A DNA stretch of 64,000 bases. Source: an uncultured virus (IMG/VR IMGVR_UViG_3300021185_004515) (taxonomy: Duplodnaviria; Heunggongvirae; Uroviricota; Caudoviricetes). The notes under the pieces are model-generated. The model did no database searches, was not told the DNA's origin, and was given only the letters and a program-made list of their open reading frames with translations. Positions 1 to 9,281 of the stretch are shown piece by piece. Each line of letters begins with the position of its first letter. Position 1 is the first letter of the stretch. A program made the position numbers and the translations under genes. The stretch lies in the IMG/VR virus record IMGVR_UViG_3300021185_004515; one strand, 5' to 3'.

Positions 1-72
1 GTGGGAGCGACCCCAGTTTTTTTAAAAGTTTATATAGGGTAAAGATATATATCTTATGTAGGAGACAATAAG

Positions 73-213
73 ATGGAAGACGAGACGAAAATATGCAAGT
101 GCGGCAGTGAGATGAAAGAATATACCAGACCCAGGAGTCGTCCAGTGTATTGTTGCTTTGACTGCTTTGATTTTGAGAAGAAAACTGGTATGTTTTTCTG
201 TGATTTGGACTGA
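73..213 (+). CDS. Small Cys-rich Zn-finger protein (46 aa)
   Basis: Hand-translated MEDETKICKCGSEM...YCCFDC; GGAG SD and TTTATATA box upstream. Confidence 0.6.
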   Translation: MEDETKICKCGSEMKEYTRPRSRPVYCCFDCFDFEKKTGMFFCDLD

Positions 214-230
214 AATGAGGAGTGATTATT

Positions 231-392
231 ATGCCAGTCATCAGGAAGTGTCAAGAATGTCATCAGGGATATGAATTTACTGGTGGAAGTTTATTCTGTA
301 AAAAAATATGCCAAGAGATTTGGGGGAAGGTTAGAGACATGAAGAGCAGAGCCAGGAGAAAGCAGTTCTCTGACGGTGATTTTCGGTCTTGA
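231..392 (+). CDS. Small Zn-finger protein (53 aa)
   Basis: Hand-translated MPVIRKCQEC...FCKKIC; GAGGAG SD. Confidence 0.6.
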   Translation: MPVIRKCQECHQGYEFTGGSLFCKKICQEIWGKVRDMKSRARRKQFSDGDFRS

Positions 393-453
393 AGCCCAAC
401 CAACCACAATCTTTATATACTATGGAGTCGTAGTATATATTGAGGAAGAAAGT

Positions 454-564
454 ATGTGCGACTGCGAGAAGACAGACATCAAAACTGAAATTTACCGTGG
501 AGCCCTGCTCTACCGATGCACCGAATGTGGAAACTATCTAAACGGAGGACGAACAAATGAGTGA
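454..564 (+). CDS. Small Zn-ribbon protein (36 aa)
   Basis: MCDCEK...RCTECG; GAGGA SD; TTTATATAC box near 412. Confidence 0.55.
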   Translation: MCDCEKTDIKTEIYRGALLYRCTECGNYLNGGRTNE

Positions 565-856
565 TTATTCGCATTACAAGTGGAGAGTTATCCCTGAAGC
601 ACTCCGAGGGCTGCACACAGAATATGGCAGTGACTCAGATTTTAGTAGTGCCACCATTGCTCCTCGTGCGTCCAGCATGGGACGCAGAAACAGCGAACTC
701 ACTGCCAGACAAATTGGAAATGTTATGGCAACACTCCAAAAGAAGGGTTTGGTCAAAGTAAGACTGGTTCGTCAAGACAACTGCCGCAAGAAAATGTGGA
801 GTTTCACAGAATCGGGACGAACTGTTCGTGACTGGAGAACTTATTGGAGAGTTTGA
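557..856 (+). CDS. Putative winged-helix DNA-binding protein
   Basis: ARQIGNVMATLQKKGLVKV...WSFTESGR resembles a wHTH recognition helix and wing. Confidence 0.55.
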   Translation: MSDYSHYKWRVIPEALRGLHTEYGSDSDFSSATIAPRASSMGRRNSELTARQIGNVMATLQKKGLVKVRLVRQDNCRKKMWSFTESGRTVRDWRTYWRV

Positions 857-857
857 T

Positions 858-1160
858 ATGGTTCCACTGGCCGTCGTCCGCAGAAACAACAAGTTTGCCA
901 TCACTGGTGGAAAAAGTGGTCGTTACGACCGCACAATTTCTGGACTAAGTCTCACTGGCACCGAGACACTCATGAGCCCTGAAGTAGTCTCTGCCCAGGG
1001 TATCCCTTTTTCGGAATTTCAACTAAAAGATATGGATTTTTTGATGTGGGAAGACTGGAACGAAATCTTAAGGTTTTCCTGGATACCAGAAGTGGTCACA
1101 TATGTGGTGTCTCCGATGGTTGCCAGAGGGACCCATAAAAATCTCTGGCAGAATTCTTAG
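858..1160 (+). CDS. Hypothetical protein
   Basis: ORF directly follows 557-856; start taken at ATG 858 after GGAG. Confidence 0.5.
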   Translation: MVPLAVVRRNNKFAITGGKSGRYDRTISGLSLTGTETLMSPEVVSAQGIPFSEFQLKDMDFLMWEDWNEILRFSWIPEVVTYVVSPMVARGTHKNLWQNS

Positions 1161-1855
1161 TAAGTTACCCAGTTCAAGTAACTTGTTAGCGATTAGTGTA
1201 TCTGGTCCATCATATAATGTTTATTTAGTATATTTTTCAACTAATACCAGTTGATGATAGAATTTATTCTGATTATTTTCGGAGTTCCGCTGATTATTTT
1301 CCGAATAACTTTAAAGCAGCAGTAACAACTCACCAGGTAACATCAATAACTTTAGTGTATTACGATAAAACCTCCCAGAATTTTTGTAACTGGAGCAAAT
1401 CTTCGTCCTGACAACTATCCTGAAACTTATCTGGTATGTTTCAGGGGCAATGTAACCCTTTAGATTTTTTTCTCCCAATTTCTAAACGCAACACTGCGAG
1501 CCTGTTTTAATCATTTACTAAGAATTTTTCACCAGGGAAGGGGCTCATGAACATCCACTGTCTCACTGGAGCACGGTAACCAGAGTTGCTCTGAAGGTCT
1601 CCCGACCGTTAAAAATGACCCCAGAATTTGTAAGATACAGTATTCTACAGTAAGATGTAACCTCTACTGGACCAGGTCTATAGATTATGGTGACCGTAAA
1701 GTTATTTGAATCACCGTCTCAGAGATTTGAATCTTTTTTCTTGTAACCTCTCCGCAATATACAGCACTGAATTTTATGTCAAATTTGACACAAATATCGG
1801 GTCTCAGTTTTTATTTAAACCAGTAACCTGGTCGTAACGCCCAGTAACTATATAA
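1161..1855. other. Long non-coding region with GTAAC repeats; candidate replication origin
   Basis: About 700 bp with no ORF of 60 aa or more; about 11 GTAAC copies, direct repeat CTGATTATTTTC (1269, 1290), palindrome TGTCAAATTTGACA (1777-1790). Confidence 0.45.
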
Positions 1856-2458
1856 TTATTCTATGTATCCAGAAAATGGGGCAGAATTTCTGATGGTGCC
1901 TTCCCGATTCACTCCTCGTAGATACCACCTGGAATTCTCCAGTGCAGGTAACCTGTTTTTACGGAACCACGCAGCCCAAGTTGCCGCAGTCTGTGTTTTA
2001 GTTGTTCCTTCTCCCTGGGCTCTGGCAAGTTCTTGCTCCAGGTTTATTCCGACCGCAGAAAATACTGAGGCATATTCTTCTACCAGTTCCGCAGCGGTAT
2101 CCAACCAATCTTTTGGAGCGGAGGCAATGATAGTCTCCAGTCTATTTCGGACTGCGATGTCTGGGACGCTCCAGGTATAAGAATTCTTAGGTTTTTCTAC
2201 TACTACGCCCAGGGCCTTCAGCGGTTCTGTGAGGTCTTTAAACCGTGTTTCCCTCTTTTTTTTGAGGGCAGGGAATTTCTTGGGAGAAGAACCACAGATG
2301 TGTGAGTTGGCAAGATTGCCCGCTGTCCAAGATACTGTGTCTGCTCCGTGCATTTTCTGATGAGCCACTAAATAACCCAAAAAGTTTTTCTCAAATTCTA
2401 CATCTTCGGCAGTGCTGAACCAGGAATAAGATTTCGGACTCTTCAAGATTTTCACCAC
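1856..2458 (-). CDS. Hypothetical basic protein, possible origin-binding protein
   Basis: 200 aa ORF with TATAAATAGG about 30 nt upstream; flanked by repeat-rich non-coding DNA. Confidence 0.6.
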   Translation of the reverse strand: MVKILKSPKSYSWFSTAEDVEFEKNFLGYLVAHQKMHGADTVSWTAGNLANSHICGSSPKKFPALKKKRETRFKDLTEPLKALGVVVEKPKNSYTWSVPDIAVRNRLETIIASAPKDWLDTAAELVEEYASVFSAVGINLEQELARAQGEGTTKTQTAATWAAWFRKNRLPALENSRWYLRGVNREGTIRNSAPFSGYIE

Positions 2459-2793
2459 CAGGAATACCTTATTGCTGGGACCTATTTATACAAAGTCATT
2501 TTTCAGTTTGTATTCGCTTAAATTCACCATATGCAAACTAAAAAGGCACACTGCGAGCCATTTTTTCCAGTTTGTCAGTTTGTAATCAAAAACAGGGGTT
2601 TGCAACTCTCAAAAATCCGAATTTGTGCCGTGATGCCCATTAGTTGTCCGACTTTTATCCTGTCCCTTATGGTTTTCAACCATATCTGGCGTAGATGCTT
2701 TATTTGGGCCACAGAGGGGTGTGGACAACTTCGGACCACAGTGGACACTTTTCGGACAATAAATTGATATAGCAAGTAAGAGAAGTAATTAGT

Positions 2794-3615
2794 ATGGTTG
2801 CTCTCAACTGGCTTACTTTAGGAGAAGATTTCTTCCTGTATAAGCAGCGGTTTCCTATTTTTACCGAGATTGATGCCCGCCTATTGTCGCAGAATATGGA
2901 GCGACTTATCCTCAAGACAGGAGAGGTGCAAAATCCATCTGGAGCCTACCTCTCAGAACAAGTCCCGTTTTCTACTCTACCTCTGAACAATAGTGAATTA
3001 CTGAATACTCTGAAGAGATACGACCCAGCATCGCTTTCTGAGGAAGCCGTGGAGGAGATTTTGGAAGGGATACGGAATTCTATGGAGGCGAATGACAAAC
3101 AAAAGCCTCTGCTATACTATGGAGTCCTTGACTCTGGAGGAATTGAGGCTCTGATGAGTGAGGAATTATGGAATGATGATAACCACCCAGCACACAAAGG
3201 TAATATTCGTGGAGGTGGAAGTGAATTCTGGTTATACTGGTGTAAAAATGGAGGTAGAGATGGGAGTTCTATGCCCTTCAGTGTCTGGTTGTGTCCCGAG
3301 GATTTTCAATACATCAGAACAAATAAACGCGATGGATATAAACTGTTGTGGCACCTTAGAAGTTTGAATATATTAGATACTAAACAAACCATTATGTCTT
3401 ACTTGTGGCCTTGGAGCCAACACTACCAAGTAATTATGGAGCGGGTTCAAGAAAGGATAGTGGATGAGCAGGACGGATGGGATACAGATGTGGAAAAAAT
3501 CCGAGGACCTATTGAGATAGAGATAGATGAGTTTGCGAACTATGCCCGCCGTAATGCCCAAACCCGTGGCCCAGTAGAAGGATTTACTTATCCTCGTGTG
3601 AGGTGGAATGGATGA
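2794..3615 (+). CDS. Hypothetical protein, paralog of 3603-4484; N-terminal LNW
   Basis: Shared LYYG..D..G.E.LM and PFSVWL.PED blocks; promoter TTGATATAGCA at 2764. Confidence 0.85.
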   Translation: MVALNWLTLGEDFFLYKQRFPIFTEIDARLLSQNMERLILKTGEVQNPSGAYLSEQVPFSTLPLNNSELLNTLKRYDPASLSEEAVEEILEGIRNSMEANDKQKPLLYYGVLDSGGIEALMSEELWNDDNHPAHKGNIRGGGSEFWLYWCKNGGRDGSSMPFSVWLCPEDFQYIRTNKRDGYKLLWHLRSLNILDTKQTIMSYLWPWSQHYQVIMERVQERIVDEQDGWDTDVEKIRGPIEIEIDEFANYARRNAQTRGPVEGFTYPRVRWNG

Positions 3616-4484
3616 TTTTTATCAATTGGCCTCGTAGCACAGTGATGCGTTTTGCTTACATGATGCCTGAATTATTGCAAGTTCATACAGGCAAGGTGGT
3701 CAATACCGCTGGAATTTATGAAGAGAAGATGGCACCGTGGGCTTACTGGAATGCCACATTATCTGGGTGGGAAGAACAAGGCTTCAAAAATTCTGGAAAA
3801 AATCGTATGCTGGAACTAATTAGTGAGTATGGAGGCCCTGCCCAATTGTATTATGGAATTATGGATACACAAGGTTTGGAAGTGCTAATGACTCGCAATG
3901 AATGGAAAGCCCAAGAAAAATATTGGTTGCAATATTGTATTGATAATGGCAAGTGGCCCTTTAGTGTCTGGTTAGTGCCAGAAGATATTACGGTTTTGGA
4001 AGACATCACTGATAATAACCAGGTGACTGCAATTATTGATAGCATGAGAACCATGCCTGTGAAACAACATACTCTGGAGGGATGGTTGTCGTTGAGTCCT
4101 GGGAAAGACGGTTATATGGATGATGAGTCCTGGGAAAAAATGGGTGCTGGTCGGTGGGAATCATTTATTGATAGAGAGGATAAAAGATTTGGAGGTGCTG
4201 CGTTCGTTTGGGATAATGGTGGTTCTAATATAGTTACTCATTCCGAGGACAAAAAGATGGAATATTTGTATCCTTGGAATCTCCAAATGGAGAAGATAGA
4301 AGATTTAACTCGTGACAGTTGGAAAGAGGTGCTGAAAAAGGCTCGGGGTGGCAGGAAAAATTCTGCTAATATGTCTTATGTATCTCCTGAGTTCAGAAGG
4401 ATTAGCAATATTTACACTCGTATTTTGCAAGAATATGAGCGGGCCAATGGTAAATTGGTCGGGTTCGGACCATATCCAAATTAA
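3603..4484 (+). CDS. Hypothetical protein, paralog of 2794-3615; N-terminal INW
   Basis: Same conserved blocks; real start probably ATG 3612. Confidence 0.85.
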   Translation: MEWMIFINWPRSTVMRFAYMMPELLQVHTGKVVNTAGIYEEKMAPWAYWNATLSGWEEQGFKNSGKNRMLELISEYGGPAQLYYGIMDTQGLEVLMTRNEWKAQEKYWLQYCIDNGKWPFSVWLVPEDITVLEDITDNNQVTAIIDSMRTMPVKQHTLEGWLSLSPGKDGYMDDESWEKMGAGRWESFIDREDKRFGGAAFVWDNGGSNIVTHSEDKKMEYLYPWNLQMEKIEDLTRDSWKEVLKKARGGRKNSANMSYVSPEFRRISNIYTRILQEYERANGKLVGFGPYPN

Positions 4485-5161
4485 CGGGATATATCAATCT
4501 GTTTAGAAAAAGGATTGCTCTCCCAATTATGGACAGTGTGCTTTAGCCAATGTGGTTTTTGACGGTTGTATTTGATATAAGGATATTTACTTAGACCTCT
4601 GCTACGAGTCACTTCATCGGAATTCGCTCTATCTGTGACGAAAACCGCTTTCGGATAATCATAACTGCGGGTTATTTCTTTTAATTTAAAATCGTCAATT
4701 CTGCGGCGTAGACCTCCTGCGCCATCACTTTCTACGGTATTGCTGGGTTCTGGTTGCATCCGCATAGCCCTGCTCTTGAGTTTATTTTCTCTCTTACTAA
4801 TCTTTTTGTTATGTGCAGTGGTTTCATCATAGTCACCATTGCTCAGGAGTTCTAAACCACCCAAGAATAAGGCAAATCCTCCTAATCCCACAATTATTTT
4901 AACAGGCCATTTGAAATACCATCTCCAACCTTCAACCTTTGAGGCAAGACGACCGCTAATCCATTTGCTACCGAAATAAATAAACCCGACTCCTACTATG
5001 GGTAAGCCAAAGGGTTTAGTCAGACTTTTTAGACTTTGCTTGATGCAGTCCTCTCCAGACCGTCCCGCATATATTTCTCCTTTGAGGGTTTGTTGAAACG
5101 CTGATACAAGCCCTTCGTTTTCAAATCTACTCTCTATATCTCTCTTGATGTCGGAAATCAT
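4481..5161 (-). CDS. Hypothetical membrane protein
   Basis: Two hydrophobic segments (PIVGVGFIYFG; IIVGLGGFALFLGGL). Confidence 0.7.
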   Translation of the reverse strand: MISDIKRDIESRFENEGLVSAFQQTLKGEIYAGRSGEDCIKQSLKSLTKPFGLPIVGVGFIYFGSKWISGRLASKVEGWRWYFKWPVKIIVGLGGFALFLGGLELLSNGDYDETTAHNKKISKRENKLKSRAMRMQPEPSNTVESDGAGGLRRRIDDFKLKEITRSYDYPKAVFVTDRANSDEVTRSRGLSKYPYIKYNRQKPHWLKHTVHNWESNPFSKQIDISR

Positions 5162-5320
5162 TTTCTTTCACCCAGATGGAAAAAAGACAGGGTGTGCTCA
5201 GGAACTCTGGCCCACAGAGCGAATTTCCTCAGTAATTTGCGAATCATCCTGCCCAATATTAAATAGTAGTTCCCGCTATTTGAACTTACTGTTAAATAGG
5301 TGACCCAGTAATGTTTTATC

Positions 5321-5638
5321 ATGAGCAGACTCAGAACCGCAGAAAAAGCATTTGTAGATTTTAGCATGAATCTGCTGAGACAAGAAACCACTGCCAAAGA
5401 AGGAAAGGAATTGCTTAATAGATTTTTTGCAGATGGTGTGTCCCAAAAATACGCTCTACCAAGCCGAAAGCAGTTGTTGAGTTGTTTGAGAAAGCATCCC
5501 GAAGTTTATGCTCGCTTGCAAAGAGTTGCTAATTCTACCAGCCGAACCTTCTATTCTATTGAGCCAATTCTGAGCCCTGTCACTAAAAATACGGGAGACA
5601 ATTGCAACAGCCGAAGATATAAGCGGCCAACAAATTGA
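5321..5638 (+). CDS. Hypothetical basic protein, possible wHTH
   Basis: TTAAATAGGT 29 nt upstream; PSRKQLLSCLRKHPEV helix motif. Confidence 0.7.
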   Translation: MSRLRTAEKAFVDFSMNLLRQETTAKEGKELLNRFFADGVSQKYALPSRKQLLSCLRKHPEVYARLQRVANSTSRTFYSIEPILSPVTKNTGDNCNSRRYKRPTN

Positions 5639-5646
5639 AATAGCAG
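5635..5646 (+). promoter_or_regulatory. Class B TATA-like promoter TT(A/G/C)A(A/T)TAGCA (example, polyprotein)
   Basis: Same box or a variant at 2764, 15195, 29618, 45036, 52053 (+) and 21373, 26791, 38720, 40911, 52949, 53885, 55102, 59320 (-); 29-30 nt before ATG. Confidence 0.85.
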
Positions 5647-5664
5647 TAATACACAATATTATCT

Positions 5665-6906
5665 ATGGGTCGTGCGCTGGCAGAACTTAAGAAGCGGTTG
5701 AACCACAGATGGTTGCAAGAAAACCGACCAGATTTGGACAATCAAAAAGATTCACGACAAGAATCTTTGGAGCAAGACCGTATCCAAGAAAAGTATGCAG
5801 CCGATGAAGAATACACTGAGGCTCGTGAATTGGGCTGCCCTATTTGCAGCCATACTCTGACGACGGTGTCTGCTTCTGCCGAATGTCCAATGTGTGAGGT
5901 GTTGTGGCACTATCATCAAGATGATGGTTTCTCATATTTTGAAGCCGAATATTATGAAGAGGAATTTGAAGATAAGTGGGCATCAGAAACCGAAGTAGCC
6001 TGTTCTTGGTGTAAGAAACCGAGTGCCAAACTGCGTGATGTTGAGTATGGAGGTATTGGGTCTATTTGCCCTACTTGCCATTATTCCTATCGCAAACTTG
6101 GGTATAATCCTCATAGACCTCAACACCCTTTCAAGAAGAAGGCAGAATCCGAAGAACGAGGGTGCTATGAATGCCCTGTCTGTGAAAAAGAAATGTCTTC
6201 CCGTAATTCATCTGGATTTGGCAATTACTGTTATTGTAACGATTGTCAAGAGTATTTTATTACCAAGCCTCGGGCAATGATGGCTGCGGAAGAAGAAATG
6301 ACCTATGAATCAATGATGGGCATGGTTGAAAACCTTTCTGACGATGATTACTATGAATTCTGTTATGAAATGGATATTGAATCCGAAGATATGGAAGAAT
6401 TGTCCTCATTCATTATGAGGAATCACAACTCGGCAAAGGTTATAGGCTATCTCCAAGAATTAGATTTTACTGAGGATTTTGAAGCAGTGGCTGTGTATCA
6501 AGGCAAGAAGCCTGAAGGTTCTGTTGCCAAAGCACTATTACAGAAAAAACTGATGGACAAGGCTGAACTTCTGGACACTATTCATAAATTAGAGAACGAT
6601 GTCCGTCTGGGACTTATCTCTGAAGAAGAAATCATGAAGCAATTAAAAGAAAAATTCGGAGCAGAAGGCCACGATAATTTTGATGCAGAATTCTGTTCAG
6701 AATGTGGGTGCTCTCATAAAGACGCAGAAGAGTTCGCCGCAGAGACCAGTTCAGGAAATCAAGTTTTCAACTCTTGCTGGAAGTGTGGTTCAGGACAACA
6801 TCTCTATCAAATAGCCCGATACCCTGCTACTCCCTCGGAAATTTCTGGTGTAGGAGGCAACCCAGACGAAGCCAGTGAAGGCGGTAAGCAGAGAGCGGGT
6901 AATTGA
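5665..6906 (+). CDS. Modular Zn-ribbon polyprotein with xAE junctions
   Basis: Several CxxC pairs separated by FEAE, KKAE, MAAE, FGAE, FDAE, FAAE; promoter TTGAAATAGCA at 5635. Confidence 0.85.
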   Translation: MGRALAELKKRLNHRWLQENRPDLDNQKDSRQESLEQDRIQEKYAADEEYTEARELGCPICSHTLTTVSASAECPMCEVLWHYHQDDGFSYFEAEYYEEEFEDKWASETEVACSWCKKPSAKLRDVEYGGIGSICPTCHYSYRKLGYNPHRPQHPFKKKAESEERGCYECPVCEKEMSSRNSSGFGNYCYCNDCQEYFITKPRAMMAAEEEMTYESMMGMVENLSDDDYYEFCYEMDIESEDMEELSSFIMRNHNSAKVIGYLQELDFTEDFEAVAVYQGKKPEGSVAKALLQKKLMDKAELLDTIHKLENDVRLGLISEEEIMKQLKEKFGAEGHDNFDAEFCSECGCSHKDAEEFAAETSSGNQVFNSCWKCGSGQHLYQIARYPATPSEISGVGGNPDEASEGGKQRAGN

Positions 6907-6907
6907 G

Positions 6908-7084
6908 ATGAAATATGATAACAAATATCTGGACAGACGCACTGGCAAACTAATGACTGGTGCTAAGAAGCAAGATTATATCAATCATGAGATTCATGAC
7001 TCTCTCAACTGTTTTTTCCACCCTCATGAACATCAACTGTTATTACAATTTTGGAAGACACACGGAAAACTGCCAGAGGAATGA
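6908..7084 (+). CDS. Small hypothetical protein
   Basis: MKYDNKYLD...; fills the gap between the two polyproteins. Confidence 0.55.
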   Translation: MKYDNKYLDRRTGKLMTGAKKQDYINHEIHDSLNCFFHPHEHQLLLQFWKTHGKLPEE

Positions 7085-9255
7085 TTATGACTGACTACGA
7101 TGAATTTGAGGCTTGGTCTACGCCCAAGAGTCGTAAGAAACGCAAGAAAGATGCTAAAAGAGTTAATGTATATCCTCGTCTCGCAGGTGGTATTGATGAA
7201 ATCCCTCAAATGCTGGGTAAAGAACCTCTGGCTGCTGAAGACCGCCCTGAAGAGGAGCGGATGACACGAGAGAGGGCCGAAGCCTTAGCAGGAGAAATTC
7301 TGGGTTGGTTAGAACCAGTTACTGATTATGCTGAAGTGGCAGGAAGTTACCGCAGAGGAAGACAAGACCCTGGAGACTTAGATGTTATCGTTATTCTGAA
7401 AAACAGAGTTAAACTCCCAGAAATTGCAGAACTATGGCTGGCAGAGGGCAAGGCATCTGCTGTGAACTGGGTAGGAGAAAAGAAGACTCAACTACTAATT
7501 GATGGAGTGAAGGTAGATATTCGCACTTCAACGCCCAGAGCATTAGGAGCAGCGTTACTGTATTTCACAGGACCTGCTGGATATAATATTGGGATACGCT
7601 CGGCAGCCAAAAGAGCGGGATTCAAATTAAGTGAGTATGGTTTGTTCAACCGAGAAACTGGTGAATATATTGCAGGAGCCACTGAAGAAGAGATTTACAC
7701 GGCCATGGGTCGTAATTACCGACCTCCAACAGAGCGTAGGGCTGAAGAAGAAGTTATTACTCGTTCATTAGGTGAAATTCCTGATAAGGAACTAATAATA
7801 CTGTATCAGCAAGGAAAAATTAGCAAAATGCAGATGGAAATTGGATTCGGCTTAAAAATGGATGCGGAATCCTACAAACCTCCTGCCTCAGCAATATCCG
7901 CAGCGAAGCGTGGTTTAGAGCAACGCAAGAAATACGGTCGTGGAGGGTTGAGTCCTGCCGAAGCCAAATCGCAAGGTATTGATTCTGGTGTTACTCGTGC
8001 CAGAAAAATTGCTTCAGGAAAAGTTTCAAAGCATGATGTCCGACGGATGAGTGCATTTAATCGTCATCGCAAGAATAACAATCCTGGTAAGAAAATGCCA
8101 GATGGTGGACCCACAGCAGGAACTATTGCCTGGAATCTTTGGGGCGGAACTTCTGGAGTAAATTGGGCTAAGAAAAAGTCTGCCGCTATGAATGCAGAAG
8201 ATATGAATGCCGAAACTCTTGATTATAACAGTTTTACTAATGACATGGAAGCCCTACTCGCCAAATATTCTCAACTCCTTTTGACTTATGAAACTGAATA
8301 TCAAGATGGAATTATGGAAGTTTTTACGAGATTTAAGCCTTATGATGCTTATTTTGACGATGTTGATTTTGATGCTGAAACCTTTGAAGCGGAAACACAA
8401 GAGTTTGCCGACCGTTTTGAGATTCAGATTCGCACCAGCCGTGGTAACACCACCGAAAGAATTCCAGTGGGTGGTTCTATGTTGGTTCGCAGACTCCGAG
8501 AAATTCTGGGTCGTAACCGCCAACCATATGCTATTGATGTCTTTGGAACAGAGGCTGCTTTTAATGTTCAAGGACCGTATGGTATGCAAGTCTATCGTCC
8601 TACACCAAAACTTTTGGCTGTCTACAAGTATGGAAGATTTGAATCTGGAGAAATGGCTGACCACCTCAATGAGAAATTGGGATTGAATCAATTTGCCGCA
8701 GAAGGTAGTAAAGTCTTTGAAGCACCTACTTGTTTGTATTGTGATGAGGACGAGGATGGACGATATGCGGAAATAGACGATGGCAGGTGTTCCTGCGACT
8801 TTTGTTTCCACTGTGGCGAACACACCTATGATGGTTATGAGTTAAAAGCACCGTATCCATCTCTTCACCCTGATGTGAGGTTGTGTGATGCTTGTTATGC
8901 AATTCCTAATTTCCCAATTAGTGGTAAAATGTGGGCTTATGAAAATTACCGAGGACTGCCAACTCCGAATATATATGATTTTAACCAAGGTCGTGGCTGG
9001 GCTCGGTGGGAACACCCCAACTATCAAAAATATGCAAAAGGTCATATGGGTCGCAAAGGAAAATTGATGAATGAACTCAACAGGCGTGTTCCTCAACGAA
9101 CTGATGGATGGGTGAATTGGACCCGAGATAAGTTTGAGGAGGAATTCCGAATATATCCGTGGCACTACGGTTACGATGCCAATCGTGAACCAAGGTGGGC
9201 TTATGACAAGTCTGAAATTGAAGATAGAATCAATGAGTTTTATCAGCAAGGTTGA
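7081..9255 (+). CDS. Mosaic polyprotein containing a minimal family X DNA polymerase module
   Basis: AGSYRRG..DPGDLDV, VKVDIR, LLYFTG, LSEYGL, TEEEIY are PolX motifs (about 7261-7740); further modules follow xAE junctions. Confidence 0.9.
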   Translation: MIMTDYDEFEAWSTPKSRKKRKKDAKRVNVYPRLAGGIDEIPQMLGKEPLAAEDRPEEERMTRERAEALAGEILGWLEPVTDYAEVAGSYRRGRQDPGDLDVIVILKNRVKLPEIAELWLAEGKASAVNWVGEKKTQLLIDGVKVDIRTSTPRALGAALLYFTGPAGYNIGIRSAAKRAGFKLSEYGLFNRETGEYIAGATEEEIYTAMGRNYRPPTERRAEEEVITRSLGEIPDKELIILYQQGKISKMQMEIGFGLKMDAESYKPPASAISAAKRGLEQRKKYGRGGLSPAEAKSQGIDSGVTRARKIASGKVSKHDVRRMSAFNRHRKNNNPGKKMPDGGPTAGTIAWNLWGGTSGVNWAKKKSAAMNAEDMNAETLDYNSFTNDMEALLAKYSQLLLTYETEYQDGIMEVFTRFKPYDAYFDDVDFDAETFEAETQEFADRFEIQIRTSRGNTTERIPVGGSMLVRRLREILGRNRQPYAIDVFGTEAAFNVQGPYGMQVYRPTPKLLAVYKYGRFESGEMADHLNEKLGLNQFAAEGSKVFEAPTCLYCDEDEDGRYAEIDDGRCSCDFCFHCGEHTYDGYELKAPYPSLHPDVRLCDACYAIPNFPISGKMWAYENYRGLPTPNIYDFNQGRGWARWEHPNYQKYAKGHMGRKGKLMNELNRRVPQRTDGWVNWTRDKFEEEFRIYPWHYGYDANREPRWAYDKSEIEDRINEFYQQG

Positions 9256-9281
9256 TATAGGACACAACACACAATTGTGTT

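Noticed and set aside
1161..1855. Possible CRISPR array
   Set aside because: The repeats are 5-12 bp and irregularly spaced, with no 25-40 bp repeat-spacer periodicity.
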